Assembly (NCBI GenBank): GCA_040954595.2
Contig: CM082586.2
Span: forward strand, 3,206,349-3,270,348
Direction of reading: 5' to 3'
DNA: 64,000 bases
Source of the DNA: Balanoglossus misakiensis
Lineage: Eukaryota; Animalia; Hemichordata
Positions 15,001-26,310 of this stretch are shown one piece after another. The position numbers were made by a program, and so were the translations under genes. A model generated the notes under the pieces. That model had not been told where the DNA came from. It ran no database searches and saw only the letters and a list, made by a program, of their open reading frames with translations. Within the stretch, counting starts at the first letter, position 1. Every line of letters begins with the position of its first letter.

Positions 15001-17248
15001 CCATTTTTCGACTTTGGGAATTTTCGAAATTTGGTGATTTTTTGATGAAAACCATGGGTTATAGCTCAGGAAAATCGCGAAAAATCGACCATTTTTCGAC
15101 TTTGGGAATTTTCGAAATTTGGTGATTTTTTGATAAAAACCATGGGTTATAGCTCAGGAAAATCGCGAAAAATCGACCATTTTTCGACTTTGGGAATTTT
15201 TCGAAATTTGGTGATTTTTTGATTAAAACCATGGGTTATAGCACAGGAAAATCGCGAAAAATCGACCATTTTTCGACTTTGGGAATTTTCGAAATTTGGT
15301 GATTTTTTGATAAAAACCATGGGTTATAGCTCAGGAAAATCGCGAAAAATCGACCATTTTTCGACTTTGGGAATTTTCGAAATTTGGTGATTTTTTGATA
15401 AAAACCATGGGTTATAGCTCAGGAAAATCGCGAAAAATCGACCATTTTTCGACTTTGGGAATTTTCGAAATTTCGTGATTTTTTGATAAAAACCATGGGT
15501 TATAGCTCAGGAAAATCGCGAAAAATCGACCATTTTTCGACTTTGGGAATTTTCGAAATTTTGTGATTTTTTGATAAAAACCATGGGTTATAGCTCAGGA
15601 AAATCGCGAAAAATCGACCATTTTTCGACTTTGGGAATTTTCGAAATTTGGTGATTTTTTGATAAAAACCATGGGTTATAGCTCAGGAAAATCGCGAAAA
15701 ATCGACCATTTTTCGACTTTAGGAATTTTCGAAATTTGGTGATTTCTTGATAAAAACCATGGGTTATAGCTCAGGAAAACCGCGAAAAATCGACCATTTT
15801 CGACTTTGGGAATTTTCGAAATTTGGTGATTTTTTGATAAAAACCATGGGTTATAGCTCAGGAAAATCGCGAAAAATCGACCATTTTTCGACTTTGGGAA
15901 TTTTCGAAATTTGGTGATTTTTTGATAAAAACCATGGGTTATAGCTCAGGAAAATCGCGAAAAATCGACCATTTTTCGACTTTGGGAATTTTCGAAATTT
16001 GGTGATTTTTTGATAAAAACCATGGGTTATAGCTCAGGAAAATCGCGAAAAATCGACCATTTTTCGACTTTGGGAATTTTCGAAATTTGGTGATTTTTTG
16101 ATAAAAACCATGGGTTATAGCTCAGGAAAATCGCGAAAAATCGACCATTTTTCGACTTTGGGAATTTTCGAAATTTGGTGATTTTTTGATGAAAACCATG
16201 GGTTATAGCTCAGGAAAATCGCGAAAAATCGACCATTTTTCGACTTTGGGAATTTTCGAAATTTGGTGATTTTTTGATGAAAACCATGGGTTATAGCTCA
16301 GGAAAATCGCGAAAAATCGACCATTTTTCGACTTTGGGAATTTTCGAAATTTGGTGATTTTTTGATAAAAACCATGGGTTATAGCTCAGGAAAATCGCGA
16401 AAAATCGACCATTTTTCGACTTTGGGAATTTTCGAAATTTGGTGATTTTTTGATAAAAACCATGGGTTATAGCTCAGGAAAATCGCGAAAAATAGACCAT
16501 TTTTCGACTTTGGGAATTTTGGAAATTTGGTGATTTTTTGATAAAAACCATGGGTTATAGCTCAGGAAAATCGCGAAAAATCGACCATTTTTCGACTTTG
16601 GGAATTTTGGAAATTTGGTGATTTTTTGATAAAAACCATGGGTTATAGCTCAGGAAAATCGCGAAAAATCGACCATTTTTCGACTTTGGGAATTTTGGAA
16701 ATTTGGTGATTTTTTGATAAAAACCATGGGTTATAGCTCAGGAAAATCGCGAAAAATCGACCATTTTTCGACTTTGGGAATTTTCGAAATTTGGTGATTT
16801 TTTGATAAAAACCATGGGTTATAGCTCAGGAAAATCGCGAAAAATCGACCATTTTTCGACTTTGGGAATTTTCGAAATTTGGTGATTTTTTCATAAAAAC
16901 CATGGGTTATAGCTCAGGAAAATCGCGAAAAATCGACCATTTTTCGACTTTGGGAATTTTCGAAATTTGGTGATTTTTTGATAAAAACCATGGGTTATAG
17001 CTCAGGAAAATCGCGAAAAATCGACCATTTTTCGACTTTGGGAATTTTCGAAATTTGGTGATTTTTTGATAAAAACCATGGGTTATAGCTCAGGAAAATC
17101 GCGAAAAATCGACCATTTTCGACTTTGGAAATTTTCGAAATTTGGTGATTTTTTGATAAAAACCATGGGTTATAGCTCAGGAAAATCGCGAAAAATCGAC
17201 CATTTTCGACTTTGGGAATTTTCGAAATTTGGTAATTTTTTGATAAAA
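1..17248. repeat. Satellite DNA array, 87/88-bp monomer, about 197 head-to-tail copies, truncated by the window's left edge
   Basis: Seen directly. Consensus GGAAAATCGCGAAAAATCGACCATTTT(T)CGACTTTGGGAATTTTCGAAATTTGGTGATTTTTTGATAAAAACCATGGGTTATAGCTCA is 87 bp with T4 and 88 bp with T5. Most copies differ from the consensus by 0-2 substitutions. The copy number is estimated from array length divided by monomer length. Confidence 0.99.
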
Positions 17249-17419
17249 TTGGTCACTTTTTGACAATTTGCATGAGCATGAAAATGTTCAAAAATAACCA
17301 AAATTTGTATACACCACAATTTATGCGAGAAGTCGAAATAATTGTTTGTGCCATGGAAGAAATTGTGCAACATGTAATATATTTAGACATGACAAAATTA
17401 TAACGTTTTGAAACAAATA

Positions 17420-17433
17420 TTTATTTCTTTATT
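17420..17433 (-). terminator. Candidate polyadenylation signals (two AATAAA) for the TRPC transcript
   Basis: TTTATT on the plus strand at 17420-17425 and 17428-17433, about 1.3 kb downstream of the TRPC stop codon. Another copy lies at 17937-17942. Confidence 0.45.
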
Positions 17434-18737
17434 ATTTTATCTTTGAGGAATAGCTTCTCTCTTCAAATTCATACAAAGTTCTCATCACTATGACAAATAT
17501 AACACAACAACTATGTACAAGAATTTTACATCGTCGTTTCACCAAACTGTTTTATAAATGAAGAAAACAAGTTCTGAGAAAATATGTGAATTTTAATCTT
17601 TGACAATAGCTATAGTTTACCCTATTGTAAATTGTCGATTTTTTTATCATAAATCTTCATGTTTCTTTTTGTAAAACTTGAATGATACGCTTACATTGGG
17701 TTGGTTAAAACGAACACGATAAATATTTAAACGAGTGACAAGGGGGAAAAATGTTCAAGGCGTATAGAATTGCAGTGCTGAATTATTCGATATTGGGCTA
17801 AAAGCCCCAATCAATTATTTTCATTAGTCAATTGCTTAAAAAAACGAGTCATAAACTCAAGGAACAATTCACACTATACTCTGGCACATGAAAACATGAC
17901 TGTAAGACAGCATGCCGAAGATAAAACATTTCACATTTTATTGCAACTTCCCGGAGGTATGCTACAATTTTTCGGCGAGTTAAACGTTGTTCACATCAGA
18001 CTAAGGTGGTACAACTATACACTTGCAACGAAAATATAAAACATATGAAAACAAATGAAAACGCTTACATTCTGGGTTAAAGCTTTAATCGCTCTTTGAA
18101 TGGAACGGTTTGCGATTATGTAAAAAGTTCTCATAAGATTTCAGAATAGACGTTCACCTTTCAAGTTGAGCACCTGCAAGGCAGCACATTCAAGAAAGTT
18201 ATAAAAAATGTGTCCATGGACAATTTCAAGACGAAATTTAAATTTCTGTCAATCTGTTTTAGCTATTCTTTTGCTCTTAGACAAGGGCGCTGATTTTGCT
18301 TGACTATACTGTATTTGATACGCCACTCTCTCCAAATATCATCTTCACATATTGTAGCAACCCTGATTGCTCAAAAAAATCTTAGCATCTAACCTTGCAT
18401 ATTACGCCTAATACTATAAAGTGGTGGAGATCATTTGAAATACGACTTGAATCGTTGAAACACCGTGTATTTCAGTGCTGTATTCGTCTCGATTTTGAGA
18501 GTTGATTCTCTAAAATGACAAGTCTCTACACTGCACCACGGTAGCACTATGATCAACACTGTTCCGTAATAACATCATCCGAGAAGATGATCTGTATACA
18601 CTGTTCGCGAAGTCTTCCATAAAATGCCCTTTTAGCGAACCAGGCTACAGCTTGACTTGTTACAAACCGTTGCAGCAACCGACTTCAAAATTAGTCCGTC
18701 TCACTGGGTGTGCCCCGGGGGGTGTCACAGTGCACCT

Positions 18738-21700
18738 TCACACCATATGCACATCGCCGTGGGACACTCTCAAGGCAAAGCCGAGTTCCCGCCGAAGCGC
18801 CTCCACTTGACGTCGTAACGCCACCATTTCTCTCGCCGTCGCGCTGTCGAATGCTTCGGTGGCGCCGTCCCCTGTCGCCGAATGTCTTTGCCCACGGAAT
18901 GATTGGTGAGACAGTTCCTCTTTCAGTTCGAACCGAAGACTGGAAATGTCTTGCTTTATTTCTTCCAATTCACCTGCAAAGGCACGAAAACGAACTTCAA
19001 AAATTCAGCACTATAACTGGCGTCACTTTCAGTTTTGCGATACCCACTCACGTCTTTCATTGACGGTGCTTTGGGATCAAATTTTTGTTGTACAAATTCC
19101 CGAAATCACAACCGTTACTCCAAGAATGTCAAAGTGAACTTTACCTTCGCTTATCTCATCGTTCTCCTTGTCTCGTTGCAATTTGAATATGTACCGTTTC
19201 ACCAGTCTTCGCATAATGGCCTGCAGGGAACACAAATGACAAAAATTAGAAGTTGTTGAGCGACCAGTCTTTCCCTATTCAGTGACTTGCCAATTGTTAG
19301 TACCAAACCCAGGTGTGCCAAAAAGGCTGGTCGTCTCGCGCACGCTACTACTGCAGTCGATAGCACAACATTATAAATCATAAAAATCATACCATAATGT
19401 GCCTTAGAAACACACCACATTATACTACACTACACCACACTACACTGCACTACACTATACTATACTAATCTACTTCATGACACGACAACACGTAGAAACA
19501 CATACGCGCATGGAGATAGGATGCATCTATGACGTCAGTGTGTGTATACAGCCATCTTTCCTATAGTGATGAGAAAAGCCTATGGCTTCTAAAGTCTACG
19601 TTCGTTTCTCCGAGTCTCAAACGGCGACCTGGGGATAAATCTGGTCAAGTTACAACTAAATAAAATAAGCTACTTATACGCTCTATTAGTCCCCTACTTC
19701 GGTTAGTATCTTCACTACAAAATTAAACTATCGTGAAAACCAGGAATTTTGCGTGCTGGGGGAATGAAATTTCGACTTACTGCAAATGCGCTTTCAGGGA
19801 TTAGACCCGAACCGGCGATCTGAAGAGGCGAATGGATTGGAGCAGATGATGTCTGAAAATTGGAGGCAATGACATTTAAAGCAGAGTGTCTTTTTAATAG
19901 TTTCACATCACCCCAAATTGTTACGGAATAGTACATTGGAGTTAGAACAGGTCTCCAATCGACGGTTGTACGTATTTTTTCCGATTTTGATATTAGACAG
20001 GTTCGGCTACACGTTTTACACAAAATTTGATGACGTCATAACAGAAATTCGTGACGTTGTGCGTTCACGTTCGCGTGTAACGTGTAGCCGAACCTCTCTA
20101 TTGACGTAATTGTTCGACGAGAAAGCGGACGACACTGACGCGCGGCCTGCGTATCACAAACTTCGGTGAAATGGCAACGAGTGAATATGGATTTACAGTT
20201 TACTTACCGAATGACTGTTTTCATTCTCTTGTAACTTGAAATCTCCCGAATTCATAATGTTGTAAATGCCATTTCTCTGAAAGCGATAATTTGGAAAATG
20301 AATTCAAGGAGAATATTTCTTTGCTACAGTTTTGATTAAGAAATGAGAAAACGGTATAGCCAAGTCGTTATAGACCTTATATGAAAACAAACACGTCTTA
20401 TAAGCGCACATAAGAGGAATGTGACAGTTTCTTATAGGGGAGGTTTGTCTTAACCGCCATCTTGGAAACAAGGTGCATTGTGGGATAGAATTGGAGGGTT
20501 ACTTGCGGAAGTACCCCTCCAAAAACCCTCCAATTCTATCCCACAATGCACCTTGTTTCCAAGATGGTGGTTAAGACAAACCTCCCCTATAGGAACAAAA
20601 TTATCCAGTTCCCGGACAGTCTGATGAACATCTACCGTTTGGCTAGTTTGTACCAGTCGTTGCCTGACGTAGGCGGCGTCATTCTGACTTACCCTGTCTG
20701 CAAGATTGACGTGTTGGAACTCCTTCTCTTCCTTCTTGCATAGTCTCTGAGTGATCCACTGGAATGCATAAACGAACGACTTGGGACTGGGCACTGTGTT
20801 CAGCGGGATCGGTAGCGTCGTCCCTCTCTCAAAGTACGAGATCCACAGTTTGGCGCGGGCAAACTTCCACTCGACGTCCTCGTCATTCTGAAAAGACAAC
20901 AGTGTGTGAACGACGAAGCGAATACTTATTTCGGAACAGTCTGACCGAAATCCTCTACCCCAGAAATCAAATGTTTCTCCCCCTTTGTCTCGTGCTCAAC
21001 CCCCCCCCCATTTCTCTGTCGTTGCTTACCTCAATCTCTTGATATGAATTACTCATCATAGCTATGAGCATGTTTAGCAGAACTATCACCATAATCGTAT
21101 TGTAGATGGCGAAGAGCATTGTGCCAACCAATTCTGTTAGGTAGTGTTCCAAGCTGGAGTCGATTTCCGGGTCGTACCGTGACGCCATGCCGAAAAGCGT
21201 CCAAAATAACGTTAAGAATGTATTTCCAAGCCTGCGACATACGATGGAGAGGGGTTAATAATATTCACGGAGCATTCAGTCCTATATATGTTTGAATGGA
21301 CATTGATATTGGAATAGGTTCAGCTGATTACATTAGTCGTTACTACTGTAAGCCTTACATGAAAACAAGTTAAGGGGATGTTGGTTACTGTACAGGAGGC
21401 GAGAGCAACGCAAGTTACAGAATAAAATTTACTTACGTATCGAACTTGTCTTGATTGCTAGACGGGATATGGTTGTACGCCCAGTACAGATTATACAGCG
21501 CACAGAAGAATGCTAAGAACACCACCACAAAAACCACCAGAAATCTGACGATATCATAGACCATTCTACCAAGTGATATTTGCAAGGGCCCCATCAGTTC
21601 ACTGGCCGGAAGTGCGTACACCATCCTGGTAAAACTCAGCACGTTGGCCAACGCGAAGAGGCTCTCGGCCAGCAGTATAGGGTCCCACGTGTCCCACATG

Positions 21701-24329
21701 GTGCGGTCTGAAAGAGGAAATTGGCGCGAAAAACAAAAATCAGTCTCTTATTAAGTGTGAAAGTGGAATATTTCATACAATTTATGACTATATTACATGG
21801 GTAGTTGAAGTCTGTAAAAGGTAGCGAGAACTTGCACGTGGTTCAATTTCTGTGGAAAAAGGAGTCTCATGCAATATAGGACAATTTACAGACAACGTCT
21901 ATCAAAATACATATGTCCCTCCCCTCATGCATGCAAATTAGATATATGCATGCAAATTTCTTTAGTCACGTGCGACTCACCGGGGTTGACGTAATAGTAA
22001 TGTCCCATCACCTCCGATGAGTTCCTGGGAACGTCGGGACCGTGCATTTTGAAGAAGTCAAGAGCCTCGCTTGTCTTGCCGTAGGATACGTTGCGTATTG
22101 AAAATGAGGCCAGGTAAAGGTTCAGCATTCCAATATCCAGAAGGTTCCAAAAGGAGGCGAAATATCTCCAGAACCCTTCGTCCCATATCTGTTTCATCTC
22201 TCCCCACAACATACCTGCAGGGGGAAAATGGCGTCGGCGTGACCATGTGCGACATAGAAAATTGACAGGGGAAAATTGATTTTCTCTTGACTGCGAGGGC
22301 GCTTTTTTTGCACGCGCAAACATCTGAGATCTCAACTTACCCACAATCCATAGCAAAAGTATAATCTCAAGAGCCGACATTGAACTCTGCCGGACTTCAC
22401 CGTCATTAATCCAAATCAACTCCTCGTCCGTGTAACTGTACTGTATCAACAACGATTGCAGGAATAGAAGTATAAGGAATAGAATATGTGAAGATGCCTG
22501 AGTAAAGAATTTGACCATGGGACTTGCAATTATGAATCCAATCTGGAATAAAAAACATAAAGAAAATGTTTGTACGGATTAGTATTTTTATCAAATGATG
22601 TGACATAAAACAGGCGGTTTAAGACATTGTAGTTTTCTGGCAAATATCGAAGTCCTTAACGCACCCTTATTTAACGCCGGAAGCTAAACTGCCCTTGTGC
22701 ATATAGGCCCCATGGTGCGCATGCTCACTCACCTTGCTCCTTGGAATTACCCAATAAATGACTCCCATGAACGGCCAGAAGAGAAAGAGAGCTATGATGA
22801 TGAGCGACTTGGTGAATGAATGTCTCTGTCTCCAGTTCGGGATCCCTGAGTACCACATTGTAGACAACTGGTGCTGGCAATGAGGATGAGCTACAAACTG
22901 AACACAAAGAAGACAGGTGTCACTGTGACGTCACGCCTCTCAAGTAAAAGCATTGCGTGTAGGCGGTAGTGCTCATACAAGAGCTAGTTCCACCACTTAT
23001 TCGCAAATAAAGGAAATTTTCGAATTGTAAAAACAACTGATTCGTCCACATCCAGTAAATCTCTCTATAGCTGCCAAGATTCAACTTACCTTCTTTTGGT
23101 TATAATTGATGGCGAGTTTAAGTCTGGCAAGTCCAGGGTCATTTCTATCGCCTTGCATATCTGACTGATTATCCGGGTTCTCGGCTTGATTCAAGATGGC
23201 TTCCACTTCCGTTGTGCTTTGACACATATCCAACAGATCTGTGGCGTAGTCCATACACTGGTGTGCAATACTTTTATATTCGTTCTGAAAACAGGCATAG
23301 TGACAAGTTATTGGAAGACAATTGGAACTACTTTCTGATTAAAAGATATCCACAAATAGACGATACCTTGAAAAATATATAATATATAATACCTTGAATT
23401 CTTTTTCAATCTCTGAAAGTTCTATAAGGTCCCTGCTGAGTTGGAAAGCGGTAAGAATCGGATCGGGGCTGGTGAGAGAAATGTATGCCGACGAGGCCAG
23501 TCCTCGATACGCATTGATACGCGACCTGGAATACTTCAGCGGGTCAAAAAGTCTCTTGTTGGTGCAACTGGTGCAGTGACACAAGCTGTGATGCGGCTTC
23601 GGTATGATATCCCCACGCTGCAGGAACAACTGTATGATGTCTATCTCATTGTGGTGCGCGGCCAACATGATGGCCGTGACGTCATTGTCGAATTTGGAAC
23701 TGTGCACTTCCGGCTGAAAGTAGTTCGACATGCTCCCCAAGCGGATCTTGTCCTTGCTTCTCCTGAACATGGGATGGGCCAACACGGCCTCCGTGATACG
23801 GAGGTATCCTTTGCTTATGGCAACCATGAGTGCTTCGTGTATACTACGCACAGCTAAATTTGGATACGTGAGCAGATACTCCACAACCTCCAAATGCTCG
23901 TTGCTGGTTGCAATTTCTACTGCAGTCCTGTCCTTGTAGTCGCTGCAGTTGATGTTCAAGTTAGAGTCTTCGTCTTCCAGGAGAGTCCTCACCGTCGGCA
24001 AGTCGCCATATTCGGCCGCTTTCAGGAATTTGCGGCTCTCTTCCGAAAGCTCGACCGGATTTGTCAAGATTCGGAAGTTGTTGACATGTTGAAAGGATCG
24101 ACGACGCATATTGGATGCATGGGGTTGCCGTTCTTCTTCGCCGTCAGCTAAAGAGCTGAAATAGATAAATAAAAATCAACCATAATCCAAGATGCCAAAA
24201 TAGTCATTAATCATTTGAATAAGAGGATTCACCGATAATCATCCAAAAAGAAAATGTCGACACCAATGGAAGCAATTTTTCACAATTTAGTGAGACAATT
24301 AATCCCACTTACATCGGTTTCTGTGGCAT
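18738..24329 (-). CDS. TRPC3/6/7: Short transient receptor potential channel, TRPC3/6/7 subfamily-like (12 coding exons, about 874 aa)
   Basis: Exons on the minus strand, all GT-AG and phase-consistent: 24329-24313 (MPQKP), 24155-23393 (ankyrin repeats, PKPHHSLCHCTSC, SRSRINAYRGLAS), 23284-23090 (LARLKLAINYNQKK), 22897-22733 (FVAHPHCQ..WY), 22542-22341, 22214-21981, 21707-21437 (GPLQISLGRMV), 21231-21030 (pore LFWTLFG, VLLNMLIAMMSNSYQEIE), 20887-20693 (TRP box EWKFAR), 20276-20208, 19220-19145 (IMRRLVKRYIF..DKENDEISEG), 18973-18738 (ELEEIKQDISSLRFEL, stop). Total 2625 nt. The subfamily call rests on the C-terminal rib-helix and coiled-coil motifs. The first exon and the 69-nt exon are less certain than the rest. 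Confidence 0.95.
19421..19467. repeat. Degenerate (TACAC/TATAC)n pentanucleotide microsatellite in a TRPC intron
   Basis: tatac tacac tacac cacac tacac tgcac tacac tatac tatac, seen directly. Confidence 0.85.
19994..20100. mobile_element. MITE-like element (about 107 bp) with 17-22-bp terminal inverted repeats
   Basis: AGGTTCGGCTACACGTT (19999-20015) is the exact reverse complement of AACGTGTAGCCGAACCT (20079-20095). The match extends to 22 bp with one mismatch. Confidence 0.65.
20433..20591. mobile_element. Palindromic (foldback) MITE, 68-bp inverted arms, 23-bp spacer
   Basis: 20433-20500 and 20524-20591 are reverse complements with a single mismatch. The termini are TATAGGGG...CCCCTATA. 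Confidence 0.85.
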
Positions 24330-25779
24330 TTTATCGTGTAACAGAAAATAATAAATTAATAAACAAAATTTACACATGTCCGCGTCCAAACATTAATTTT
24401 TGAACAAACTCCTTGTGGACAATAGCTCTCGTTCTGCCCACCGCCCTCGGCAGTCATTTAGACAAGCTAGCAACTCAGGTGGGTATCTTCGCAAGAATGT
24501 GAAAAAATTACAGCCTCGGGGCTGTTGTCTGCGACATTTCGCCGACGAAGTTTCCCGCCAATGTTCGGCGTTTCCGCCTTAGAAGGATGTGGGCTACACC
24601 CCGTTGTGAGTGCCAGCGGAGATGGCGCTAGTTACTGTACGTACCAGCGGCCCATCAGTCCTTGTGAAATTTACTAGTAAGTATACCCTTTTAAATGAAG
24701 CCTGACAAATGTAAAATTTCGAAATTGTTATTACCACCATTTTCGTAATTGAGCCATGATTTCCCTCGATGAAATAATTTGACTGGTGCAGCATGCAAGG
24801 GCTTGTGCTGGTGCTAAAAATAGACTGAGTTGGCAATCTAATGGAATAATTTGGCGCGAGAGAAAGCGGCCTGTCTATCAATATGCATTTGAAAGCCGAC
24901 GATATGCCAACATATGAACATTCTTCAAATGTAATATCAGCTGAAAATGACACAACTTTCAATGGCTGGCGCAATCCTGCTCGTAATTCTCAAACCTAAT
25001 GATGCGTATGGAGTCAATGATTTTCCTTCTTTAGAGCTAGCGAGCGAGCGACCCTGCAGACTACAGGCCAACAACACCGCCTTTTTACTCGCAAAATTAG
25101 AAATATCCCTTTCAACATTTCTCCATCTACTGCATAAGAAGTATTAACGATGCCATCAATTCAAATTGGAACCAGTAATTTTCAGCTCCGGATCAGCCAA
25201 ACGAAGAAAACTGTCCCCTCATTATGTCATCAATTGGAGCGGATTTCCGGACATTTCATATCCGCCAGACGGCACCCTCCATGATTAGTTTTCCAATATC
25301 CGACCCGTCCACCGTTGTCACTGACGACGGACTTGTCGCCACCATCTGCTCTCATACCAAGTAGCTGTCGTGGTGTGATGTATCGAGGTGTGTTCAACAC
25401 CAAGGTTATCACACAAATAGAAGAAAATCTAAAACAAATTTGGACAAATCACAATTTTCGGACTAGTGTTTTCTTTGCGTGGTCTAAAAGGTTCTCAAAT
25501 ACCAGAGATCAAGGTGATACGAAGACTACAGATGTGTATGCCTTTAGTTTCTACTCCAATACACCAACGTTGCCACCAAGTAAAGATGATAAAACCCTTA
25601 CCAGACTGCATCCAATCAGACACGTTCCTTTCGACTGATTCGCATCCTTCATCCGAAAACAATCAAAGCCATTGTCTGAACTTCCAACAAACTCAAAAAC
25701 AATGCCAAGTTTATCGAAAAAGTAATCGAGTAATTCTAAAGATCACCTGAATCTAACTTGTCTGCCAGCGCGAGCCATG

Positions 25780-26310
25780 ATCTAAAGTCCATCAACGAAA
25801 TGCTTTGTATCCGATGATACCGACGTCCAGCTGACTTTGCGGGTCGCAGGATTGGAAGCGATCCCCCGATATGTCTGGCGTTTAATGGACTACCGGAAGT
25901 CCGGAGGGAGCAACGTCTTCGACGAAAATCCGAATGACGCGATGACTCCGTTAACCAGGCGCCCGCGTCATCGTCACGGTTCAACGCGAGGCTCCCGCGG
26001 AAATGACGAAGGTCTCGTCATCGCGGGTGGCGTGGCGCAGCTCAAGTCCTCCCCGCCGGTGCGTTCGCAGTCACCGAGCGGCGGCAAACGCCGGGAGATT
26101 CAAACACGATTTAACGCAATCCTGCGCTGATGACGGACTCTGTTTCCATGGCACGTCTCCGAGGCGACTTCCAGCGGAGTGTAGTCGGCGCGGAGAGAGC
26201 AGAGAGCTGGAGGCAAGCAACCCTTCTCGAGACTAAGCAGAAACAATATAACATGGCACCACCGGGGGAGTCAGTGTAGGACTTAGCCACGCTTTGATTG
26301 CGCGGAGACG
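25780..26310. promoter_or_regulatory. GC/CpG-rich island upstream of the TRPC first coding exon (candidate promoter or 5' UTR exon)
   Basis: Visibly higher GC and CpG density than the flanks, 1.5-2 kb upstream of the ATG at 24329. The ORFs here resemble no protein I recognise. Confidence 0.45.

Noticed and set aside
1-17248. CRISPR array or telomere interpretation of the tandem repeat
   Set aside because: There are no unique spacers or cas genes and the context is eukaryotic. Each monomer has only a single GGGTTA hexamer.
1-17248. CENP-B box in the monomer
   Set aside because: TTCG cores are present, but the TTCG-n4-A-n2-CGGG pattern is not found on either strand.
515-17263. Repetitive ORFs (MIKTMGYSSGKSRKIDHFRLWEFSKFGDFL)n and their antisense counterparts
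   Set aside because: These are by-products of runs of 87-bp (3n) monomers and are broken by every 88-bp unit. There is no splice or codon evidence and no recognisable domain.
23394-24151. Plus-strand ORFs antisense to the TRPC ankyrin exon
   Set aside because: These are shadow ORFs of a long coding exon with no independent support.
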